From contig CACMAX010000001.1 of NCBI GenBank assembly GCA_902611845.1, positions 209,445 to 273,444 on the forward strand: a DNA stretch of 64,000 nucleotides. Direction: 5' to 3'. A program made the position numbers and the translations under genes. The stretch is from an uncultured Pelagibacteraceae bacterium. GTDB taxonomy: Bacteria > Pseudomonadota > Alphaproteobacteria > Pelagibacterales > Pelagibacteraceae. Positions 9,999 through 18,965 of this stretch are shown here, piece by piece (the stretch's first letter is position 1; every line of letters begins with the position of its first letter). The notes beneath the pieces are model-generated. The model did no database searches. It had not been told where the DNA came from and was given only the letters and a program-made list of their open reading frames with translations.

Positions 9999-11258
9999 AT
10001 GAGTTCAAAACTTGCAAAAATTGAAAAAAGAACAGCTTATTTATTAATATTACCATCGGTTCTTTTAGTATTTTCTATAATTTTATTTCCAATATTTTCC
10101 AACATTTGGATCAGCTTTAAAAATGTAGAGCTTAAAGATTTGAGAATTCCTGAACCAAGAGCAAAAAAATTAGTAAAATCAATTAAGGATAATCCAAATC
10201 AAATAAAAGTAATTTATAAATTAAGAAATAGTTCTCTTACACAAGAAATTACTAATGTAAAATTTAAAGATAAATATCCAGATGATATCGAACCAATAGA
10301 TTTAGACAATAAATGTCAATTTAAATCAAATTTACTTAAATGCGAACTAGGTAATTGGCCAAAAAAATATCGAGAAAATTTAGAAATAGTTTTTCAAAAT
10401 ACTAATAATCAAGAAATTTCTAAGAAGGAACTAAAATCCTTTAAACCTAAACTCTCAGGTAAGTCACAAAATATATTATTAACCTATGAATTTACGTTAA
10501 ATAATTTCAAAAAAGTAATCAAAGATAAAGCTTTCATAGATCTATTATCAACAACTTTTTATTATACTTTTTTTGGAACCATAGGTGCAATAGTTTTTGG
10601 AATTTTGGCAGCACAAATGGTAAATCAAAAATTTTTTGGAAGAACATTTATGAGAAGTGTTCTTTTATTTCCTTATGTTGCACCAGTTGTTGCTCTTGCT
10701 TATACCTGGGAACTTTTACTTGATCCAACAAGTGGAACTTTAAATAATTTATTAATTAATTATCAAATTATTGATGGACCAATAAATTTACTAGGACAAA
10801 AATATGTAACTTTAAATATACTTGGTTTTGATTTTAAGTTGAGGCTAGCATTAACAACAGTAATTATTTTTGAAATTTGGAGATATTTTCCTTTAGCATT
10901 TTTATTTATTCTTGCTCGTCTTCAAGCAGTTCCAAAAGAACTTTATGAAGCAGCTGATGTTGATGGCGCAAATCCTATTCAAAAATTTCTTAACATAACT
11001 TTACCCCAGATATTAGCAGTGATTTCAATTCTATTTATGATTAGATTTATTTGGAATTTTAATAAATTTGAAGACATCTTCTTACTCACTGGCGGAGCAT
11101 CAGGAACAAGAACATTACCAATCAATGTATATCAACAAGGTTTTTCAATCGGGGATATTGGTATGGGTTCTGCAGTTTCTATTGTAATTGTAGTATTTCT
11201 GTTAATTTTTATGTTTATCTATTTTAAACTTTTAGGAAAAAGAGCGGATGAAAATTAA
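9999..11258 (+). CDS. Carbohydrate ABC permease (MalF-like) with a large soluble insert
   Basis: EAA loop LYEAADVDGA, motifs RSVLLFPY and WNFNKFEDIFLLTGG, and a ~110-aa hydrophilic insert after TM1. Confidence 0.9.
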   Translation: MSSKLAKIEKRTAYLLILPSVLLVFSIILFPIFSNIWISFKNVELKDLRIPEPRAKKLVKSIKDNPNQIKVIYKLRNSSLTQEITNVKFKDKYPDDIEPIDLDNKCQFKSNLLKCELGNWPKKYRENLEIVFQNTNNQEISKKELKSFKPKLSGKSQNILLTYEFTLNNFKKVIKDKAFIDLLSTTFYYTFFGTIGAIVFGILAAQMVNQKFFGRTFMRSVLLFPYVAPVVALAYTWELLLDPTSGTLNNLLINYQIIDGPINLLGQKYVTLNILGFDFKLRLALTTVIIFEIWRYFPLAFLFILARLQAVPKELYEAADVDGANPIQKFLNITLPQILAVISILFMIRFIWNFNKFEDIFLLTGGASGTRTLPINVYQQGFSIGDIGMGSAVSIVIVVFLLIFMFIYFKLLGKRADEN

Positions 11259-12441
11259 AAATATATTAACTTATTGTGTTATCTCATCATTATTTTTGTT
11301 TTCATTAATTTGTATTTGGAAAATCTTAGTTACATTACAAGGAATTGAATTAATAAATTTTAACTTTAATAAATTATTTATCTTTGGAATAATTCTTTGT
11401 GTAATAAATCTTCTTGTTGGAAAAAAATTCAATTTAAATATCAAAATAACTTTACTTGCTCTTTTATTTTCTATTTTTGATTATTTCATCTCAATAAATT
11501 TACCTATTTGGTACAGTTTTGGTATATTCTTAATCTCACTGTTTTTCTTTAATACTATAAAAAACTACGACAAAAAATTTTTGTCAAAAAATCACTCGTC
11601 TCAAAAATTATTCTTTAATTTTTTAACACTGTTTGGGATTACACTTTTCTCTTTTGTAATTCTTTTCCCTTTTTACATGATGTTAGTTACAAGCTTTAAA
11701 ACTCAAGCATTATTATTATTAAACCCATTAGACTTTAGTATTAACTTTGCACAAGGATTGCCAGAATTATTCAAATCTTATTTTATAGTATTCAAAGATT
11801 ATAATTTTGGAAGATATATGCTTACTAGCACAATAGTCTCTTTAGGCACAGTCATTATAACACTAATATTTGCAATTCCGGCTGCTTACGCAGTTGCAAG
11901 ACTTAAATTCTTTGGAAAAAATTTTTTATCAACATCAATATTGATAATTTATTTGTTTCCAGCGATAGTTTTGGTGATACCTTTATATACAATTTTTAGT
12001 CAACTTGGTTTGAGAAATTCTATTGAAGGTTTGTTAATAGTTTATACAGCTACGACTTTACCAGTAGCAATTTATATGCTGCAAGGTTACTTTAAAAGCA
12101 TACCAAAAGAACTTGAAGAAGCTGGAATTATAGATGGTCAAAATTGGCTTGGTATAATTTTTAAAATTATACTTCCGCTAAGTTTACCTGCAATATCATC
12201 AGTAGCTTTGTATGTATTTATGATAGCTTGGAATGAATTTTTATTTTCATTAATGTTTTTAGACAGACCAAATACATTCACATTATCAAGAGCTATTCAG
12301 TTTCTGAATGTTGGAGCTGAAACACCCAGACAATATTTGATGGCAGGATCTGTAGTAGTAACTTTGCCTATTTTAATAATTTTTGTTTATTTTGAAAAAT
12401 ATTTAGTAAGTGGTCTTACTGCAGGAAGTGTTAAAGGATAA
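11248..12441 (+). CDS. Carbohydrate ABC permease (MalG-like) with an extra N-terminal hydrophobic extension
   Basis: PAAYAVARLKF, EAA loop LEEAGIIDG, AWNEFLF, SGLTAGSVKG. Confidence 0.9.
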   Translation: MKIKNILTYCVISSLFLFSLICIWKILVTLQGIELINFNFNKLFIFGIILCVINLLVGKKFNLNIKITLLALLFSIFDYFISINLPIWYSFGIFLISLFFFNTIKNYDKKFLSKNHSSQKLFFNFLTLFGITLFSFVILFPFYMMLVTSFKTQALLLLNPLDFSINFAQGLPELFKSYFIVFKDYNFGRYMLTSTIVSLGTVIITLIFAIPAAYAVARLKFFGKNFLSTSILIIYLFPAIVLVIPLYTIFSQLGLRNSIEGLLIVYTATTLPVAIYMLQGYFKSIPKELEEAGIIDGQNWLGIIFKIILPLSLPAISSVALYVFMIAWNEFLFSLMFLDRPNTFTLSRAIQFLNVGAETPRQYLMAGSVVVTLPILIIFVYFEKYLVSGLTAGSVKG

Positions 12442-13709
12442 TGCCAAATAGACTTGAAGAAGCAAAAAAAGTTTTATTAGGTAACAGAAAAAATGGTTAT
12501 ACACTACCCACTAATAACAAATTATATCCTGCTCAATGGAATTGGGACTCAGCTTTTATAGCGCTCGGTTATTCTTACTTTAATTTAGATTTTTCAATTA
12601 CAGAAATTGAAACATTACTTGATGGCCAGTGGGATGATGGAATGGTGCCACATATTCTTTTTCATGAAAAAGATACATCTTATTTTCCAAATCATACTAC
12701 TTGGAAATGCGGAAAAAAAATACCATCATCAGGAATTACTCAGCCACCTGTACTAGCTATTATACTAAAGAAAATTATAGAAAATAATCAATTAAATGAT
12801 GATCAAAATTCAAGAATTTTAAAAATTTTAATAAAAATAAAAAAATACCATGAATGGTTTATAAAATTCAGAGATCCAAATAAAACTGGATTAGTATCTA
12901 TTTTACATCCATGGGAAAGCGGTTATGACAATTCACCAATTTGGGACGAACCTATGAGTAATATTTTAGTTGATAAAGAACTAAATTATCAAAGAAGAGA
13001 TTTAGAGGTATCTAATTCAGACGAGAGACCTCTTAAAAAAGATTATGACAGATATGTTACTATCAGGGATCAATTTAGAGATGTTAATTATGACCCTAAT
13101 AAATTATATGAACTATCAATATTTAACGTAGTTGACGTTGGGTTTAATTCACTTTTTTTAAAAGCAAATAAAGATTTAGTTAATTTGTTGAAAAAATTTA
13201 AATTAAATTATGATGAATTAGATTTCTTTATTTCAAAAAGTGAAAGTGAAATAATTAAATTATATAATTATGATAGTGATGAATTTGTATCAAAAGATTT
13301 AAATACTAATAAAGATATTCTAATTCCTTCGATTACTAACTACTTTACTTTAATTGCTGATTTAAAAAATGATAAATTAAATAAAAAAATAATAAATAAT
13401 TTAAAAAACTATAATTTAAATGAGAAATATATTTTTTCTACAATAAAATCTGATCATCAAACTTTCGAAGAGAAAAGATATTGGCGAGGTCCAGTTTGGA
13501 TAAATTGCAATTGGTTAATTTATGAAGGGACAAAAAACAAAGATAAAGAGTATTCAATTAAAATTAAAAATGAAACAATATCTTTAATTGAAAATAAAGG
13601 TTTTCACGAATACTATAGTTGTAATGATGGTTCAGTTATGGGGGCAAACAATTTTTCTTGGAGTGCTGCCTTATACTTAGATCTAGTGATGCAAAAAAAT
13701 GAAAATTAA
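12441..13709 (+). CDS. GH63/MGH1-like glycoside hydrolase (glucosylglycerate/mannosylglycerate hydrolase-like)
   Basis: Motifs YPAQWNWDSAF, GMVPHI, GITQPP, HPWESGYDNSP, YWRGPVW, GFHEYY and FSWSAA. Confidence 0.82.
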   Translation: MPNRLEEAKKVLLGNRKNGYTLPTNNKLYPAQWNWDSAFIALGYSYFNLDFSITEIETLLDGQWDDGMVPHILFHEKDTSYFPNHTTWKCGKKIPSSGITQPPVLAIILKKIIENNQLNDDQNSRILKILIKIKKYHEWFIKFRDPNKTGLVSILHPWESGYDNSPIWDEPMSNILVDKELNYQRRDLEVSNSDERPLKKDYDRYVTIRDQFRDVNYDPNKLYELSIFNVVDVGFNSLFLKANKDLVNLLKKFKLNYDELDFFISKSESEIIKLYNYDSDEFVSKDLNTNKDILIPSITNYFTLIADLKNDKLNKKIINNLKNYNLNEKYIFSTIKSDHQTFEEKRYWRGPVWINCNWLIYEGTKNKDKEYSIKIKNETISLIENKGFHEYYSCNDGSVMGANNFSWSAALYLDLVMQKNEN

Positions 13710-14856
13710 TTGGAATTATCCTACTACAATTTGGGTTGGAGAGAACAGAATTCAAGATTTAAGCATAGCATGTAAAAATTTGAAAATTAATAAACCATTA
13801 TTTGTCACAGATAAGGATTTAATTAATCTAAAAATGGTTCAAGATATAATTAAAGATTTAAAAAAAACCCATAATCATCTTCAAGTTTTTTCAAATTTTT
13901 CAGGTAATCCTGTAGGTGAGAATGTGGAAGAGGGAGTAGGGGAGTTTAAGAAATTAGGTTGTGATGGAGTTATTGCATTTGGTGGTGGCAGCGGTCTTGA
14001 TGTAGGTAAAGCTATTGCTTTCATGTCAGGACAGTCAAGACCAATATGGGATTTTGAAGATATAGGTGATTATTGGAAAAGAGCAGATGAAACTAACATT
14101 GCACCTATTATTGCTGTACCCACTACAGCGGGGACAGGATCAGAAACTGGAAGAGCCTCAGCTATAATTAATAAACAAACAGGTATAAAAAAAATTATTT
14201 TCCACCCAAAATTTTTACCTTCAATAGTAATTTTAGATCCTAATTTAACTTTAGATCTTTCTCCAAGATTGACAGCAGCGACAGGCATGGATGCTTTGGC
14301 GCACAATTTAGAAGCTTTTTGTGCACTTGGATTTCATCCGATGGCTGATGGAATTGCGATTGAGGGAATGAAGTTAATTAAAAACTCGTTAATTAAAGCA
14401 GTTAAAAACGGTAAAGATTTAAATGCTAGAGCAGAATTATTAGCTTCAGCTAGTATGGGTTCTACTGCTTTTCAAAAAGGGCTTGGCGCTATTCATTCTT
14501 TAAGTCACCCTATTAATGCGCAATTTAATGTTCACCACGGTTTATCAAATGCTATCTTTATGCCTTATGTATTAACTTTTAACAAAGAAATGATTGAAAA
14601 AAGGATAATTTCTATATGTGATTATCTCGAACTGAATAAAAGTTTTGATAGTTTTTTACAATGGATTTTAGAACTAAGAAAAGAATTAAATATACCTCAT
14701 AAATTATCAGAAATTATTGATGTAAATAAAATAAATTTAGAGCAGTTATCAGTTATGGCATTAGAAGATCCTTCAACTTCTACCAATCCAAGGACAATGA
14801 GCAAGGATGACATGAAAGCACTTTATGAACATAGCATTTCAGGTAAATTATTTTAA
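13699..14856 (+). CDS. Iron-containing alcohol dehydrogenase family protein
   Basis: GGGSGLDVGK, PTTAGTGSE, GMDALAHNLE, GAIHSLSH and HHGLSNA. Confidence 0.92.
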   Translation: MKINWNYPTTIWVGENRIQDLSIACKNLKINKPLFVTDKDLINLKMVQDIIKDLKKTHNHLQVFSNFSGNPVGENVEEGVGEFKKLGCDGVIAFGGGSGLDVGKAIAFMSGQSRPIWDFEDIGDYWKRADETNIAPIIAVPTTAGTGSETGRASAIINKQTGIKKIIFHPKFLPSIVILDPNLTLDLSPRLTAATGMDALAHNLEAFCALGFHPMADGIAIEGMKLIKNSLIKAVKNGKDLNARAELLASASMGSTAFQKGLGAIHSLSHPINAQFNVHHGLSNAIFMPYVLTFNKEMIEKRIISICDYLELNKSFDSFLQWILELRKELNIPHKLSEIIDVNKINLEQLSVMALEDPSTSTNPRTMSKDDMKALYEHSISGKLF

Positions 14857-15638
14857 TGAAAAGAATTCTTATAGTTGAAGGTAATCTTAGAGAAGAAAAT
14901 CAAAGCTTTACTGATGGTGGAATTAAAACACATACTGAAAGTTTAAAAGATAGTATTAGTTATTTTACAGATCAATTAGATATTGATGTTGTAAATCCTT
15001 CATCTGATGAAAATATTAGTGAAGTAGCTAAAGATTTAACTAAATATAATGGAATGATATGGGGCGGTAGTAGTTTAAATATTTACAATGATACTCCAGA
15101 AATAAGAAGACAAATAAACTTTATGAGGGAATGTCAAAAGAATATAAAAAATATATTTGCAATATGTTGGGGAATGCAAGTTGCTGTAACTGTTGCTGGT
15201 GGTGAAGTAAAGAAATGCCCCATTGGTGCACATAGGGGAATAGCTCATGACATAGAAATAAACGAAAACGGCCTTAAACATCCGCTTTATAAAAATAAAA
15301 ATAAAAAATTTAATACCCCTGCGTTTAATTTTGATGAGGTTGTAAAATTACCTGAGGGCTCTACATTACTTTCATCAAACCCAATAAATAAAGTCATGGG
15401 TATAAATTTTAACGTTGGTCAAACCAATGTATGGGGAATTCAATATCACCCAGAGATAACTTATGCCAAAATGATAAGCTTAATTCATTTTAGGAAAGAT
15501 CGACTGTTAGAAAAAAAAGCCTTTATTGACCAAATGGAAATAGACTCTCATGTAAAAATTATAGAAGAAGAAAATAAAATTTCTAATAAAGATGCAAGGA
15601 TGAAAGAATTAGAAAATTGGCTAAATAACTTAAATTAG
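14856..15638 (+). CDS. Class I glutamine amidotransferase-like protein (possible gamma-glutamyl hydrolase)
   Basis: Oxyanion GGSS, nucleophile ICWGMQ and QYHPE (Cys-His-Glu triad). Confidence 0.85.
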   Translation: MKRILIVEGNLREENQSFTDGGIKTHTESLKDSISYFTDQLDIDVVNPSSDENISEVAKDLTKYNGMIWGGSSLNIYNDTPEIRRQINFMRECQKNIKNIFAICWGMQVAVTVAGGEVKKCPIGAHRGIAHDIEINENGLKHPLYKNKNKKFNTPAFNFDEVVKLPEGSTLLSSNPINKVMGINFNVGQTNVWGIQYHPEITYAKMISLIHFRKDRLLEKKAFIDQMEIDSHVKIIEEENKISNKDARMKELENWLNNLN

Positions 15639-17314
15639 AATAAGCCTTCTATTTCACCTTTTTCATTAAGCTTAATAGAGTCTGCTGCAGGAACTCTTGG
15701 AAGTCCAGGCATTGTCATGATGGCTCCACATATAACAACAATAAATTCTGCACCTGAAGATAATCTTACTTCTCTAATTGGTAATGAGTGACCTGTTGGA
15801 GCACCTTTTGCATTTGGATCAGTAGAAAAACTATATTGTGTTTTAGCTACACATATCGGTAAATTTCCATAACCCGCTTCTTCAAAAGATTTTAATTGAT
15901 CTTTTATTTTACTGTCAGCAACAACTTCGTTTGCTCGATAAATTTCTTTTGCAACAGTCTCAACTTTCTTCAACAAAGGTGTTTTTTCATCATATAAAAA
16001 TTTAAAATTTCCTTTTTTTTGATCAATTAAATCTACGACATGTGAAGCAAGTTCTTTTGTTCCTTCACCACCATTTGACCAATGAGTGCATAAAGTAGCT
16101 TTAACTCCCATATTATCACAAGCATTTATTAACTCTTTCACTTCATTATCAGTATCTGCAACAAAATGATTAACAGCAACCGCTACCGGTAAACTAAATT
16201 TTTTTACGTTTTCAATGTGTCTTTCTAAATTTACTAAACCTTTTTTTAACGCGTCTACATTTTCATTTTTTAAATCATCTTTAGCTACACCACCGTGCAT
16301 TTTTAATGCTCTAATTGTTGCAACAATAACTACACACTCAGGTTTTAAATTTGATTTTCTACATTTAATATCTAAAAATTTTTCTGCTCCAAGGTCTGCT
16401 CCAAATCCAGCTTCAGTTACAACATAATCTGCTAGTTTTAAACCTGCTTTAGTTGCTATTACAGAGTTACAACCGTGCGCAATGTTTGCAAAAGGACCAC
16501 CATGAATAATTGCTGGATTATTTTCTAACGTTTGAGTTACGTTAGGCCTGATTGCTTCCTTTAATAAAACAGTCATTGGTCCGTGAGCATTTAAATCTTT
16601 TGCAAAAATAGGCTTTCTATCTCTTGTATAAGCAACTGTAATATTACCGATTCTCTTTTCCAAATCTCCCAGATCATTTGCTAAACAAAAGATAGCCATT
16701 ATCTCAGATGCTACCGTAATATCAAAACCGTCTTCTCTTGGAAAACCATTAGCAACTCCACCTAAATTAATATTGATAGATCTTAAAGATCTATCATTCA
16801 TATCCATAACTCTTCTCCAAACTACTCTTCTTACATCTATATTTAATTTATTTCCCCAATAAATATGATTATCAATTAAGGCTGACAATAAATTGTGAGC
16901 CGATGTAATTGCATGGAAGTCTCCCGTAAAATGTAAATTGATTTGTTCCATTGGAACAACTTGAGCATATCCTCCACCTGCTGCTCCACCTTTCATTCCA
17001 AATGAAGGACCTAAACTAGGTTCACGTAAACACACTATAGAATTTTTACCAATTTTATTTAATCCATCATTTAAACCAACTGAAGTAGTAGTTTTTCCCT
17101 CCCCTGCAGGAGTTGGCGTAATAGCAGTAACTAAAATTAATTTTCCATTTTGTTTATCTTTTAAACTATCTAAATATTCTAAATTTATTTTAGCAATATG
17201 ACGTCCCATAGGGCTAAAAGCACTCGGTTCGTCTGGAACATTAATTTTACCCAAAATCTCATTTATGGGTTTCATTTTTGCTTCTCGTGCAATTTGGATA
17301 TCTGATTTTGACAT
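15635..17314 (-). CDS. fhs: Formate--tetrahydrofolate ligase
   Basis: [41 protein letters not shown]. Confidence 0.98.
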   Translation of the reverse strand: MSKSDIQIAREAKMKPINEILGKINVPDEPSAFSPMGRHIAKINLEYLDSLKDKQNGKLILVTAITPTPAGEGKTTTSVGLNDGLNKIGKNSIVCLREPSLGPSFGMKGGAAGGGYAQVVPMEQINLHFTGDFHAITSAHNLLSALIDNHIYWGNKLNIDVRRVVWRRVMDMNDRSLRSININLGGVANGFPREDGFDITVASEIMAIFCLANDLGDLEKRIGNITVAYTRDRKPIFAKDLNAHGPMTVLLKEAIRPNVTQTLENNPAIIHGGPFANIAHGCNSVIATKAGLKLADYVVTEAGFGADLGAEKFLDIKCRKSNLKPECVVIVATIRALKMHGGVAKDDLKNENVDALKKGLVNLERHIENVKKFSLPVAVAVNHFVADTDNEVKELINACDNMGVKATLCTHWSNGGEGTKELASHVVDLIDQKKGNFKFLYDEKTPLLKKVETVAKEIYRANEVVADSKIKDQLKSFEEAGYGNLPICVAKTQYSFSTDPNAKGAPTGHSLPIREVRLSSGAEFIVVICGAIMTMPGLPRVPAADSIKLNEKGEIEGLF

Positions 17315-17435
17315 AAATCTAATTACTTATTAATGAGCAGAATTACTATCCTTTTTTGTCACGTATTTAAACATCTAAAAAATATATATAAAAAAAATTA
17401 GCAAAAACTTATATTTAATTTTATAAAACTTACGG

Positions 17436-18692
17436 ATGCAGAAATATTCAGTATTTAGTCTAATCAAAAATGCTTTCTCCAATCACCAAAATTGGGAAGT
17501 TGCTTGGAAAGATCCAACTCCAAAAAGTGAATATGATGTAGTCATCATTGGAGGAGGAGGACATGGTCTTGCTACTGCATATTATTTAGCAAAAGAACAT
17601 AACATTAGAAATGTAGCTATCATTGAGAAAGGCTGGATTGGTGGTGGAAATGTTGGTCGAAATACAACGATCATAAGATCAAATTTTATGTACGATGCTA
17701 ATGCAAGATTTAATGAATTTGGAATGGATTTATGGAGAAACTTAAGTCAAGAACTGAACTTTAATGTGATGTTTTCTCCAAGGGGAATATTAAACTTAGC
17801 CCACTCAGATGCTCAAATGAACGCCTACGCTCGAAGAGGAAACTCTATGAGATTAAATGGAATAGATGCAAAATTATTAGATAGAGAAGAAGTTAAAAAA
17901 TTAATTCCAATGGCTGACTTTAGTGATGAAGTACGTTTCCCAATTTTTGGAGGCTTAATGCAACCAAGTGCTGGTACCGCAAGACATGATGCAGTTGCTT
18001 GGGGTTATGCACGTCAAGCAGATGATATGGGAGTAGATATTATACAACATTGTGAGGTCACTGGTTTTGATGTTGTTAATGGAAAGATAAAAGGAATTAG
18101 GACTTCAAGAGGAGATATTAAAGCAAAAAAAGTTGGATTATGTGTTGCAGGTAGCACAAATATATTAGCTGAAAAATTAAATATGACACTGCCAATAGAA
18201 ACTCATGTACTGCAAGCTTGTGTTTCAGAACCTGTAAAACCATTATTAGACGGAGTAGTAACTTTTGGTGCAGGCCACTTTTATATAAGTCAATCAGATA
18301 AAGGTGAGATGGTAATGGGTGGTGATCTTGATGGATATAATAGTTATGCTCAAAGAGGTAACTTGCCAACTATACAACATGTATTGACAGGCGGCTTAGC
18401 TTTGTTTCCATTTTTAAGTAGATTAAAAATGTTAAGGACATGGGGAGGGATCATGGATATGTCAATGGATGGTTCTCCAATAATTGATAAAACTCATATT
18501 GAAGGTTTATATTTAAACTGCGGATGGTGTTATGGAGGTTTTAAATCAACTCCTGTCTCAGGTTGGACATTTGCTCATACAATTGCGCAAGATCAAGTTC
18601 ATGAATTAAATTCAGAATTAAGATTAAATAGATTTTCTACAGGCCATCTTTTAGATGAAAAAGGTTTAGGAACTAAAACCTGGATTGGTTAA
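17436..18692 (+). CDS. soxB: Sarcosine oxidase beta-family subunit (N-methylglutamate dehydrogenase MgdA-like)
   Basis: GGGGHGLATAYYLAK, GGGNVGRNTTIIRSN, RHDAVAWGYA and GWCYGGFK. The C-terminus DEKGLG differs from the canonical SoxB GAAAVAH. Confidence 0.88.
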   Translation: MQKYSVFSLIKNAFSNHQNWEVAWKDPTPKSEYDVVIIGGGGHGLATAYYLAKEHNIRNVAIIEKGWIGGGNVGRNTTIIRSNFMYDANARFNEFGMDLWRNLSQELNFNVMFSPRGILNLAHSDAQMNAYARRGNSMRLNGIDAKLLDREEVKKLIPMADFSDEVRFPIFGGLMQPSAGTARHDAVAWGYARQADDMGVDIIQHCEVTGFDVVNGKIKGIRTSRGDIKAKKVGLCVAGSTNILAEKLNMTLPIETHVLQACVSEPVKPLLDGVVTFGAGHFYISQSDKGEMVMGGDLDGYNSYAQRGNLPTIQHVLTGGLALFPFLSRLKMLRTWGGIMDMSMDGSPIIDKTHIEGLYLNCGWCYGGFKSTPVSGWTFAHTIAQDQVHELNSELRLNRFSTGHLLDEKGLGTKTWIG

Positions 18693-18695
18693 AAA

Positions 18696-18965
18696 ATGTT
18701 ATACATCAAATGTCCTTATTGTGGTTTAAGAGCACAAAAAGAATTTTCATATGGAGGTGATGCAACTGTAAAAAGACCTAATATAAATGAAGAAGTATCA
18801 AGTGAGGAGTGGGATAATTTTGTTTATATGAGAAAAAGTCCAAGAGGGAAACATGTAGAGTTATGGCAACATATAGCAGGATGTAGACAATGGATTAAAG
18901 TGCAAAGAGATACCGCTACACATGAAATTTTCCAAACAGCAAAAGTCACAGAAGAAATAAGATGA
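18696..18965 (+). CDS. soxD: Sarcosine oxidase delta-family subunit
   Basis: CPYCG, EFSYGG, WQHIAGCRQW Zn motif. Confidence 0.93.
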   Translation: MLYIKCPYCGLRAQKEFSYGGDATVKRPNINEEVSSEEWDNFVYMRKSPRGKHVELWQHIAGCRQWIKVQRDTATHEIFQTAKVTEEIR

